Assembly: GCA_965112735.1 (NCBI GenBank)
Contig: OZ218952.1
Location: forward strand, 1,798,001 to 1,862,000
Direction: 5' to 3'
Origin: Phaeosaccion multiseriatum
Taxonomy: Eukaryota; Protista; Ochrophyta, other classes
Length of the DNA: 64,000 nucleotides
A program made the position numbers and the translations under genes. Below are positions 25,082 through 35,664 of this stretch, piece after piece; position 1 is the stretch's first letter, and each line of letters starts with the position of its first letter. The notes beneath the pieces were generated by a model. The model saw only the letters and a list, made by a program, of their open reading frames with translations. It ran no database searches and had not been told where the DNA came from.

Positions 25082-26003
25082 CTCACGCACGCACGCACGC
25101 ACGCACGCACGCCCGCACTCACACACAAACTCACTCCCTCCCTCGCTCACTCACGCACGCACGCACGCACTCACGCACGCACGCACGCACGCACGCACTC
25201 ACGCACGCACGCACGCACTCACGCACACACGCACGCACTCTCGCTCACTCTCACAGAAACTCACTCCCTCACTCCCTCACGCACGCACACACGCACGCAC
25301 GCACACACTCTCACTCACTCACGCACTCACTCACACAGAAACTCACTCCCTCACTCCCCCACGCACGCACCCACGCACTCACTCACACATGTACAGCTGT
25401 AGCTCAGCTGCAAGGCGCTGCAAGTTGTGGTTTTGACCCCTTCTGTACTGGAGACTTACCAGCTTGCAGCGTTGTTACCGTCCCGAGATGAGCAGGGTGA
25501 GTTTGTGTGAGAGTGAGCGAGAGTGCGTGCGTGCGTGAGTGCGTGCATGCGTGAGTGAGCGAGGGAGTGAGAGTGCGTGCGTGAGCGCGTGAGTGCGTGC
25601 GTGCGTGCGTGCGTGCGTGCGTGAGCGAGGGAGTGAGTTTGTGTGTGAGTGCGGGCGTGCGGGCGTGCGTGCGTGCGTGCGTGCGTGCGTGTGTGCGTGT
25701 GTGTGTGTGCGTGCGTGTGTGTGTGCGTGCGTGTGTGCGTGCGTGAGGGAGTGAGGGAGTGAGGGAGTGAGTTTCTGTGAGAGTGAGCGAGAGTGCGTGC
25801 GTGAGTGCGTGCGTGAGTGCGTGCATGCGTGCGTGCGTGCGGGCGTGCGTGCGTGCGTGTGTGCGTGCGCGCGTGCGTGCGTGCGTGAGGGAGTGAGGGA
25901 GTGAGTTTCTGTGAGAGTGAGCGAGAGTGCGTGCGTGCGTGCGTGCGTGCGTGAGCGAGGGAGTGAGTTTGTGTGTGAGTGCGGGCTTGCGTGAGTGAGT
26001 ACG

Positions 26004-26035
<32 letters not shown>

Positions 26036-26040
26036 TGAGG
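25082..26040. repeat. (GCAC/CACT)n and complementary (GTGC/GTGA)n compound microsatellites flanking a ~105 bp unique loop (~25391-25496)
   Basis: Units such as CTCTCACAGAAACTCACTCCCTC occur on the left and their reverse complements on the right, with different copy numbers. Confidence 0.9.
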
Positions 26041-26114
26041 GGTTCTTTCCTTGCTCCTCCAAAAGCTCATTGCCTGTGTTCCCTTCTTGTCTCCACCCCG
26101 ACCCATCTGTCCCG

Positions 26115-26150
<36 letters not shown>

Positions 26151-26151
26151 G

Positions 26152-26649
26152 GTGCAAGGGGGGCTCAGTGAGTTGGCGGCGCTGCACCTTGCGCAGGCCG
26201 AGATTGTTCTGTCCTTGACGGATCACTATACGCGCAGGCGTGGCGCAGTCGGGAGTAAGGAGCGTCGCGGCAAGCAGGGAGGAGCGAAGCTGCCCGACAC
26301 AAGAACCTTGCTCGCCGATGTTGCCGCCCAGGTGAAGAAGATGGAGGCCTTGTATGGCCTCCATAGGGTGAAGGGTGACGCAGAGACACTGGGCCGAGAT
26401 TTTGTGCAGTTTTTTGGTGCAGACTCCGGAAGGAGTGACAACAAGGAGATTGCAGCTGCGAAGGTGGAGGGCGAGGAGGGGCAGGGTGCGGCGGTGAGGT
26501 CCAGAGAGCGCCGCCTCAGGCTCGCCAAGGACGCCGACGTGGGGGCCATCAGCGCGTGCTTCGTGCAGGGACAGGCGGGCGAGGGAGAGCCGGAGGCTCT
26601 GAGCGTCGCGGTGCCCAAGATGAAGCCCAGGACCATTACCATCCAGTGA
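26152..26649 (+). CDS. Orphan terminal exon with an HSP20-like C-terminus (right-arm copy, identical)
   Basis: Exact mirror of 24480-24977. Confidence 0.45.
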   Translation: MQGGLSELAALHLAQAEIVLSLTDHYTRRRGAVGSKERRGKQGGAKLPDTRTLLADVAAQVKKMEALYGLHRVKGDAETLGRDFVQFFGADSGRSDNKEIAAAKVEGEEGQGAAVRSRERRLRLAKDADVGAISACFVQGQAGEGEPEALSVAVPKMKPRTITIQ

Positions 26650-27258
26650 GGGGATTGGAGCTTTGCTTGTAGAGGAGGATGGGGTAGGGGGGAATGCATA
26701 AAGCTCGACTCGATGTAAATGAAGTAGGACAGATGTAAAAAATCTATTCACTAGTATTAAATTATAGCTTTTTTAATGGTACTATTGATGTGAAGCCCCC
26801 CACGATGAGCTTATCTTGCTTTCCGTCGCGCAACTCCCTACCGAGTCGAAGATAACCCTCCTCCCAAACTGCCTCCCTGTTGGTAACCCCTCTTTCAAAA
26901 CTGCAACCCCTCTTCCAAAACCGCCTTCTTGTTGGCAACCCCTCTTTCAAAACTGCCTTTCCCTTTTACTTAAAACCTAGATGGGCTGTACACAACATGT
27001 CATATACGCCTCTCTTCATCTCTCTCTTTTTCTTGCGAAACAAGCCAAGAGGCCTAAAACAGACGAGGCTCTTCGCCTCCTCTGGGTGCCGCGGTGCTCT
27101 TGGTAAAATTTGCGTCGCAATTGGCGTCCTACTACGGACTGTATGAAACAACTGCTCACATTTCTCATGTCTTGCGAGTGTGTGGCCAAAGAGTCCATTC
27201 CTCACCTCCTCTGGGTGCCCGGTGCTCTTGGAAAAATCTGCGCTCGCGCGCTGCGTGT

Positions 27259-29331
27259 CTATGCGCCGAACACGTGGATGACTTGGTGGTATCCGTCCAT
27301 GGTGGTGGTGGTGGTGGTGGTGAGAATGTTGTCGTCCCCGAACCACCCCTGCTCCTCTTCCTCCTGCTGCTGCGCCTCGCAGACCTCCATGCCTTGCTCC
27401 GCCGCAAAGATGGACGCAGGCGAAAGTACGCCGTCTTGTTCGACGTCAAGCAGTCCCTCCTCCGTCTCCTCCGCCAAGTTGTCGCTGCCGCACGACCACC
27501 GCCGTAGTGAAGAGAGGTCCAGCGAATCCGTGGGCGAGGGAGGCGCACTCGAGTAAGTGGAGCTAGTGTCGTTGTCGGCGAATGGCGAGGGAGGCGGCGT
27601 GGAATAGTTTGAACTAGGCCCCTTGCACGATGCTCCCTTCCAGACGAGGCCATCGCCCTGCGTGAGCAGCAGCCGCAGCTCCGTCTCCCATGCCCCATCA
27701 TCCTCTGTCGCTCCTTCCCCCAGCGCCCCTCCGTCCTGACGGTGGTCCGAGGCGTCCGAGCCTGCGGCCATGCGAAGGAACACATCGAGGCGCGGGAAGG
27801 CAATGGCCTCCTCTCCGACACTCACAGCCGTGTCTTCCCTGCACTCGTCGCCCTGCTGTTGGTGGGATGGCTGAACAAAGTCGGTGTCGAGTCCTCCGCA
27901 GTTCCTCAGAAAAGACCCCCACAAGGGCATGACGGCGACGGCGAGGTAGGAGCTACGCCGCATCACCGGGGAGGAGTCCGCCACGTGGTCAGCCGACAGG
28001 TTGTAGCGGTGCCCACCCGCCGAGACGGAGGGGGAGGAGGCTCTTCCGTGGTGCGCGGGCTTGCTGCCGTGTTTGGAGGGCGGCGAGAGAGGCGGCCAGT
28101 AGAACACGCCCTTGCTGGACTTACCCTCCCGCGACAGAGATGGGCGGCACGTGTCGGCCCTGACCTTGGCCTTGGTGCGTCCTGCCACTCGATCGTCGTG
28201 GATGAAGATGCAGCGCTCCTGGTAGGGGCAGGCACCGCACGCCACGTATGTCTGCAGCAAGCAGTACAGGGAAAGGGGGGGGGGCAGGCCCACAGTGAGG
28301 ACAGGGAAGCCATTCTGTCGTCTTGGAACGGGCAACACACGCAGGGAGGCATGAGGGGCGGACAAGGGCCTGGCCCACTTCCACTCACCACGCAGAGGTT
28401 GCTGCGGAAGCGCTGTGCATTGGGAATGACTCCGGCTTTCTGTCTGTTGTCGCAGACAAAACCAGAAGGACGGGGGGGTGGAGGGGCAGGGCGGGAGTGC
28501 GTCAAAAAGGGGGTGAGGAACAGCGCGAGAAGGAGACCAACAGACGAGGGAGGAGCTGTGGCCTTCGACGGAGAACAAGGTCACCACAACGCTACTCACC
28601 GATCCAGCAGGGGAACGACCCTGAGATCGTTGCGCCCATGAGCGAAGTCGCACTCCTCTACGAAGGAAAGAGACAGCAACAAAAGGGTGGGTGCGTCAAA
28701 ATAAAAAGCCGGTGGACAGATGATGCGAAGGGGGGGCTCATAGCCAGTCAAGCGCTGACACTGCGTACCTCCGAACCGACACGAGCCCTTGACCCAGCTC
28801 GAGCACACTTCGGTCTTCTGCAGCGATAAGAGAGAGAGAGAGAGATGGGGGGGAAAGGCATATGATGTATCTCTTTTTGAAAATGACGGGCAGCAGCGGG
28901 CAGCGAGATTGTGACGAGGGCTCACAGCATTTCACTAGGCTCACCTTTCGGGCTGCGGCGTTGTGTGTCGCTTCCCTGTGGTGGAGAGAGCGGGCTGGTG
29001 CTTGGTGTCCGCTCTGACGACTCGAGTCATGGCGGCAACGCCCAAGACCTTGGCCCATGCACCGAGCGCCACCCCGCTGCTCATGCACGCCCTCCGCGAG
29101 GAAAGGGGCATGAGGAGGAGCGAAGAGGAGGTCATCGGTGACCACGAGCTGCGGTGGCGCAAGATAGACGTGGCGCGGGTAGGTACTCCTCTGCTGCGGG
29201 TGGTGCTGACACTGCGACTGGTGCTGCTGCTGGTGCTGCTGCTGCTTCGATTGGCGCTGCTGGAGGTACTGCCAGTCAGTGTGTGGAGGGTGCGGAAGGG
29301 AGGGGAAGCAGCGCTCGAGTAAGTGAGTCAT
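27259..29331 (-). CDS. Tandem CCCH zinc-finger (TIS11-like) RNA-binding protein, copy B (intact)
   Basis: Same exon structure as copy A, with C-x7-C-x5-C-x3-H and C-x8-C-x5-C-x3-H fingers and an open last exon to the TAG at 27259. Confidence 0.88.
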
Positions 29332-30487
29332 GGCGGGCGAGGGAGTGTCGCGAGGTAAAGGGGGGCCGAGGGTCTGAGGTGTTGCGTGCGCGAGCCTATG
29401 GGACGTGCATCATGTAAGTTATGGACGTGCGCGTTCCGTTTTGGATACAAGCCATCAAAGAGCGAAGGGTGTCCAATCTCAACAGATGTCAGCTGGCTGG
29501 ATGCGACCCTCTCAAAACTCGCAAGTGCACTCCGCGGTACTCACCCCGCTTCGTGGCTACTTGCCGTTCCATCCCGAGCCTTCCACTCTGCCTCTGCATC
29601 TCACTGTCCATATCTGCTACCAGCAGAGCCTCCTGCCTGGCTACAGGAAAGGAGGGAGTCTGGCCGAGGATCTGTGGATCTTTGCTGGGATGGCACCCAA
29701 CGCCCAACGAATCACAAGTCATATCCTCTGGAGGGGACAAATGAGCTCAATCGGAGGCACGGGAGCGATGCTCTGTGCCTGAATCTGCCCATGGCTCCAC
29801 AGGCATGAAGCGACCCCTGGCATTCGTCGGCTCTCCAGCCAGCTTGGAGGAATGCGAGCAACATCCTGTCCACTGCACGAGGGGGCATGAGGTGCTTCGG
29901 CTGGACGCCGTAAGGTCACTGGAGCTGGTGTGCACCGGGTGAAAGAGGAGCCCGGCGTGACGATTTCTCAGAGGGAGCTACTCGACGTTGATCAATGGCG
30001 ACGCTGCCAGCATGATCACTGCAAATGCAAGTGCATGAGAGAGCAACGCCGAAATGCCGGTTGCATTTCGGTGCTGCGTGGGGGTGGGAGAGGCATCTCC
30101 GCCACCCCCACCCCCACCCGCAGTCCCTGCACGAGTGGGCGAGCACCACCTTTACCCCCACCTGCACCCGCTTTCTCTTTTGTGAGCATAAGGTAAAGAT
30201 AAGGGAGGAGGAAGAAAGAGGAGGGAGGAAGCGTCGCCGAGCTGTTCTGCCTGGGGGTGGATCTCGTCGACAGTGAAGGGGGCTTTGGTACCGATGCTAT
30301 AGCGGAAGCCCTCGAGTGCTTCGGAGAGCTCCATAAGGTGCTCTCCGCGTACTCTTCTCCGGTCTGTGGTGAAGGGCGCGTGCAGAGCAGGTGGCATGGT
30401 CTCCCCCTGCTGTGCTACCGTATCCGTCGCGGATACCGATGACGCCTCCTTCGCCTTTGTAGGCATCGGCCGAGGGGGCGTGCCTCT

Positions 30488-30945
30488 GTGTAGGTTGTAG
30501 CAGTGCCCACCAGACCAGGAGGAGGAAGAAGAAGGGGAGGAGGAGGGTGAGGAGGTGCAGGAGTCGGGCGAGAAGGCGGAGAAGGAGGCTCGTCCGTGGT
30601 GCACGGGCTTGCTGCCGTGTTTGGAGGGTGGCGAGAGAGGCGGCCAGTAGAACAAGCCCTTGCTGGACTTGCCCTTGCCCTCCCGCGACAGAGAAGGGCG
30701 GCACGTGTCGGCCCTGACCTTGGCCTTGGTGCGTCCCGCCACTCGATCATGGGGCAGGCGCCGCACAGGCCACGAGCGTCTGCAGCAGAAGGGGGGAGGC
30801 TTGAGGGCCGGCAAGGATGATGTGTATGAACGCCAGTAAGATACGGCCTACCTGTTCTACATTCTACCGTCGATACCGCGCAGAGGCTGCTGCTGCGGAT
30901 ATGCTGTGTTTTGGGAATGGCTGGCTGTCGTTGCAGACAAGACCA
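30488..30945 (-). pseudogene. Third, decayed CCCH gene fragment (exons 4-5 region; second finger partly deleted)
   Basis: HDRVAGRTKAKVRADTCRPSLSREGKGKSSKGLFYWPPLSPPSKHGSKP is conserved, but the YQERCIFIH part is missing and the upstream exon is degenerate. Confidence 0.85.
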
Positions 30946-31737
30946 ACAGGACGTAGGAGATAGGGGAACAATGGCAGCATGACGTAGAGGTGGTGGGGAA
31001 CCCGAGAGAAGCACGGCAACGCTTGAAGGAGAGCAACAAATGAGGGAGCACTTGGGGGCGGCGACGAAGAAGCAAAGAAACGGCGTCTTCTCAATTAATC
31101 AATAAAGATAGTAAAAAAGCCTTCCTCTTCAAAGACCCTTAGTTGGTCTGTCAAGCATGGAGTGCTGCTGTCGCTGCGACTGCCACCCCTTCCCCCCTTT
31201 CCTCGCCCGCCGAGAATGGGGCCCGCAGACCAGTCACAAGAGTACAAAGCCCTTGAAGTCTCAAAGCGCTCCTGCAGACCCTTCCCGCTCTTCCAGTTTG
31301 TGGTGTGAGCCTCCGATAAATAGCGCACTCTGCACGGCGAGGCGTTGGTGGAGAAGGAGCAAGATCACCCTTCGAAGAACCTCTAAAAGCGGCACGCTGT
31401 ATCAATTGCCGGTCGCTCAGAACCGATCTCTCTTCCTTCTAAATTCCCCTTTTACACTATACACTTTCTTTCACTTTTCCTTTACATACAAAAAGTTCGA
31501 CACCTCGGGCATTCCGTTGCACGTTGTGGTTCGAGCTGGTATGAGCAGGCCAATCCCTTGCCTGGTCCCTTTCACGTCTCTTTCTCGACCCTGCTGCTCC
31601 TGTTCTGCTTGCCCACTACGACATTCCAAGCTAGGCAAAGAGGCGAGAGCAGGATTCAGTAATCTTTGCCCGCACCCAAACGCACAGACAAACCGAGCCT
31701 CTAAAGCTCTCTTCTACTTGGTGCCAGGCTCGCTCGC

Positions 31738-32342
31738 TCAGCCCGTGGTGGGTGGCTTCACGACTCTGCCCTCTTCGTTCACCCACACCCGTACTCTGTC
31801 CATCCGTACATCCATCGTCACCATTGAGCCGACTCTAATGGCACGCACAATCTTGAGCTCTGGAGCCTCCGCTTTGATTGTGGCCACCGCTTCCTCGCCG
31901 AGCATACCAACCATTTGTGGCCAGCTTTTCCGGGGCCCGAGTCCAGCTCCAGAAGGCCTTCGGATGATGGTCTCAACCTCCTGATGTACGCCCCCTGGAC
32001 TCTTAACATGAGTGATTGCCGGCTGAGCTACTACCGAAGTGGGGCTGGTCTCGCTCCTCTCTTCCCCTCGCGCTTGCTGCTGTCCCATTTGCCCACCCTC
32101 CGCGGCTGTTACAGCATAAAGGGACGCAAAGATTGGGGAAGGACAATGGTGAGCGGTGGGAGAAGGTTGACATGTGGGGGGCAGGCAATGATTGCCGACA
32201 GATGGGGAAAGGGAGGACGAGGGAGAGCGGAGAGGTCCCAGAGGTGATGTCCCCTCTCACCTGTCCGAACCAGCACACACACTATGATGAGCAGCAGCAG
32301 AGGGAGTAGGACGATTGAGTGACTGCCCTTTATTATCAACAT
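31738..32342 (-). CDS. Secreted serine protease inhibitor, potato inhibitor I family (exons 32342-32261, 32105-31738)
   Basis: KSWPQMVG...GEEA...GSMVTMDVRMDRVRVWV...PPTTG is the canonical family signature. The signal peptide MLIIKGSHSIVLLPLLLLIIVCVL splices in frame. Confidence 0.92.
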
Positions 32343-33216
32343 TGCTTTTCTATAGGGCAAGAGCTTTTAGAAGGAGGAGAGCCGCTGGGAGGAGGGGGAG
32401 AAGTTGGGGGGCGCCCGGGCCGGGATGAGACTTTATTGACTTAATAGGAATCACCTAAGAAACTGAAAGTGTGAATTGTGAGTGTCGAAATCGCCCCCGC
32501 GCCCCCAAGGCGTTGACAACCCCTTCTCATTCGAGGGAGGGGTGGGGGCATGAGTAGGCAACAAAATGTAGTGTATGTACGGCGCGGGAACAGAGCGTAT
32601 ACTAAAACAGGAGTCATGTAAGGAAGTGTCGCCCGGCGGGCTCTACTATGGGAGGAAGACTGCACTACGCCAAGAAAGAGGGACGGTTCGTCCGCTCACG
32701 TTCTGCGGTGCAGGAGCGTGCAGAGGCGGGGAAACTCAAAATTCCCCCTCCTTCTTCTGCAAGATTACCTGGGGATGCTGAGATGAGACTGCCCTTTGTC
32801 ACGGTGGATCACAATCATGGCCCTTTGTCATGGTCTCGATGCACGCACATCACCCGCTCATCCCCTCAGCCAGCCACAATCTCGTGCCGCAACGCCCTCA
32901 ACAGCCCTCCGGTAAGACTACGCGCTCCACCCTCCGCCCTGCCAGGCCTCCGGGGGTGAGAGCACGACGAGGCAGAGCTGCTGCCCGATGGGACCAGCCA
33001 GCCAGGGCATCTCCCGTCCACTGTGGCGCGAGCCCAAATCTGCTGATGGCCCTCGGAGCGTGGGTGCGCCCCTGTCATTGTCCAAGACTGCTCACGACGC
33101 CGCAGCAAGGCTAGCTAGGTCTGGGTCCGGTCGTTGTGTGGAGGAGCAGGCAAGGCATCCTTGTGCCTCCACCCCCCCCAAAGATAGTCGCGTCGCCCCC
33201 CGCCCCCAAACATCTC

Positions 33217-35415
33217 TCACCCTCCTGAACGCAGTTGCGGTAGCCTGGTGGGGGCGAAGTCCTCAACGAGGGCGGTGTAGTTGGTACAGAAGTCGTCTCC
33301 CTTGCTAAACTTGGGATTGTGATGCACTTCGCCGAACCACGCACGCTGCCTTACACATTTGACGCCCAGCGTGCCCATGCCATTATGCCCTGTGAATTTC
33401 AGACAGGCCTTCAAATGCCCTTCCATTCCTCCTCCTTTCTCGTCTAAAGGGAAGAGACGCACCGGGACTACGCGAAGGTACTCTGGCGACATGTGAAGCA
33501 CATCCGCCGCGTGGACGTCCAACACGTTGAGAAGAAAGCTCTCCGGGTTCCGGATCCTTCTAGTGGCATTCACTGTCACGAAATTTGTATACAGGTCTTC
33601 CAATACGTCCCCCATGAAGGTCATGCCCATTTGTCGACCCATAATCTGAAACTTGTCGTTCAGGCCGTAGTTAGAGCTGCAGGTCGGGGAGATGACTGTG
33701 CGGTGCACGCCTCGCTCCTGCAGCTCTCGGACAATCTCCTCCACATTGATGGGCACAAGGGCGGCAGCGTCATCACGTAACCGCACAATGACGTCATAGC
33801 GCTCCCCACGCCGCAGCTCCTGCTGTTTGAGCACCCTCTGACACTCTTGGAAGGCAGACCACTGCCTCGCGTGATTGAGCACCCGATTGAGACTGTACGC
33901 AGCAACGACATCGGGTTTGGAGTTCGGCCCAGCCGGCCTCATCTCGCTGATGATGTGGTGGTAGTCTGGGTGGAGAAGAGGGTCCTCTGGCTGAGTGAAG
34001 TCAATCACCTGAGTCTCGCCAGGCAGCTTCTCGTTCAGAAGCCCCACGCGCAGGTCCTCCGCCGTGGGGAATATCTGAACCATGTTCTTCGGAAGTCCTT
34101 TTTGGCCGCCGACGACGTGGTTTGTGAAGCGGAGTGACTTCATATCGAGGAGCGCGAGCACGTCCACGCGCTCAAAGTAGTCCGCGAGAGGCTGAATGAT
34201 GTTGGCCATCTTGAGCTCAAACTCCACTCGCATGAGCTGCCCCGTCATGCAGATGCCCACGCTTCGGAGAGGCTTCGTCTCGGCACCTGCTTCGCCCGCA
34301 ACCTTGCCCTCAGGAACTAACCCTACCGGCTCCTCTGCCTCCTGTCGCTGCTTCTGATCCACCACCTCCTCCTCCTGCTGCTGCTGCTGCTCCTCATTCT
34401 CCCTCTCCTTCTCCTTATCCTTCTCCCTCTCCCTCTCCTCCTCCGCCTGATGCAGAGGCTGCTGCTGCTGCTCCTCCTGCTCTTGATGCTGCTCCTGCGG
34501 TGAAGCCTTCGCATCGACTTCCACGCCCGCACCCTTGTACTCAGGAGCTACCCCTACCTGCTCCTCTGCCACCTGTCGCTGTCTCTGAGCCTCCTGCTCC
34601 TCCTGCTGCTGCTGCTCCTGCTGCTGCTGCTCCTTCTCCCTCTCCTTCTCCTTCTCCTTCTCCCTCTCCCTCGCCTCCTCCTCCGCCTGCAGCAGCTGCT
34701 GCTGCTCCTTCTCCCTCTCCTTCTCCTTCTCCCTCTCCCTCTCCTCCTCCTCCGCCTGATGCAGTGGCTGCTGCTGATGCGGTTGCTCTTCCTCGTGCTC
34801 TTGCTGCTTCCGCTGCTGCTCCGTCTCCTCCTGATGCCGTTGCCTGTGCTGCTCCACCTCCTCCTGCTCCTGTGGCTTCTGCTCCTCCTGCTGCAAAGAT
34901 TTTGCATCTGCTTCCGCGCCCGCATCCTTGCCATCAGCGAAAGCCCCTATCTGATCCTCCTCCTCCTCCTTTTGGCGCTCCCGTTGCTGCTCCTCCTCCT
35001 CCTCTTCATGCTGCTCCTGCGGTGAAGCCTTCGCGCTGGCTTCCCCGCCCAAAGTTTTTTCCTCAGGAACTACCCCTTCCTGCTCCTCTGTCTCCTGTCG
35101 CTGCTTCTGATTCCCCACCTCCTCCTGCTGCAGTCGTTTCTGCTCCTCCTGTTGTTGTTGTTGTGAAGCCTTTGCATCTGTTTCTGCGCCAACATCCTTG
35201 CGATCAGCGAGAGCCCCGACATGCTCTTCATCATCACTCTGCTGCTTCTCCTGCTGCGGTTCATCTACCCTCGTTGCTGCGAGGGGGAGAGCTGTTTCGC
35301 TAACGAGAAGAGGAGCAAGAGTGAGAACAGCCAAGGCAAGACCGCAGCAGCAGACAACAGCCGTAAAGCTTGGGGAGAATCCGCGTCTTGGCCTCGCACG
35401 TGTGCCACTCAGCAT
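33217..35415 (-). CDS. Intronless type II membrane protein: N-terminal TM, E/Q coiled-coil repeat stalk, C-terminal putative glycosyltransferase-like domain
   Basis: Long open frame with motifs VGICMTGQL-x-R, YDVIVRLRDD, GLNDKF and NPESFL, resembling an algal/giant-virus family (Cxx-GQxR...YDxxxRxRxD...GxND). The GT function is inferred. Confidence 0.7.
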   Translation of the reverse strand: MLSGTRARPRRGFSPSFTAVVCCCGLALAVLTLAPLLVSETALPLAATRVDEPQQEKQQSDDEEHVGALADRKDVGAETDAKASQQQQQEEQKRLQQEEVGNQKQRQETEEQEGVVPEEKTLGGEASAKASPQEQHEEEEEEQQRERQKEEEEDQIGAFADGKDAGAEADAKSLQQEEQKPQEQEEVEQHRQRHQEETEQQRKQQEHEEEQPHQQQPLHQAEEEEREREKEKEREKEQQQLLQAEEEAREREKEKEKEREKEQQQQEQQQQEEQEAQRQRQVAEEQVGVAPEYKGAGVEVDAKASPQEQHQEQEEQQQQPLHQAEEEREREKDKEKERENEEQQQQQEEEVVDQKQRQEAEEPVGLVPEGKVAGEAGAETKPLRSVGICMTGQLMRVEFELKMANIIQPLADYFERVDVLALLDMKSLRFTNHVVGGQKGLPKNMVQIFPTAEDLRVGLLNEKLPGETQVIDFTQPEDPLLHPDYHHIISEMRPAGPNSKPDVVAAYSLNRVLNHARQWSAFQECQRVLKQQELRRGERYDVIVRLRDDAAALVPINVEEIVRELQERGVHRTVISPTCSSNYGLNDKFQIMGRQMGMTFMGDVLEDLYTNFVTVNATRRIRNPESFLLNVLDVHAADVLHMSPEYLRVVPVRLFPLDEKGGGMEGHLKACLKFTGHNGMGTLGVKCVRQRAWFGEVHHNPKFSKGDDFCTNYTALVEDFAPTRLPQLRSGG

Positions 35416-35664
35416 CGTGTGAGCAGCGGCGCCCCAGCACGCGGAGCGCTGTAGCAAACAACGACAATGCGCGGAACAATGGTATCGAACAATGTCGAAC
35501 AATAAATACCATCTGTGAGCGGCTCTGGATGAGGAGGTCGCGAAGCAAGATGGGCTTCACGATCGAGATCGATCCCCTCTCTTCTTGGCTTCCTCTCTCA
35601 GTGCAAGATAGCTCCATCCCAAAGAATGTGAGCAGTCGTATGTGCATGCAGCCGGATTGTCGAC

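Larger units (their letters stand above)
20511..30480. repeat. Large inverted repeat (palindrome): left arm ~20511-25390, right arm ~25497-30480. Inner arms 22428-24981 / 26148-28701 are essentially identical; outer arms are diverged.
   Basis: Mirror-image ORFs have coordinate sums of 51129 (22476+28653, 24378+26751, 23030+28099). Reverse-complement matches were read directly. Confidence 0.97.

Noticed and set aside
24378-26751. Long ORFs 24378-25436 (+) and 25456-26751 (-)
   Set aside because: They are antisense shadows of the HSP20-like exon running into stop-free HART/THAR microsatellite translation.
20511-30480. Palindrome as a transposon with giant TIRs (Polinton/foldback)
   Set aside because: No transposase, integrase or polymerase is present and no target-site duplication was found. 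The arms consist of host-type spliced genes.
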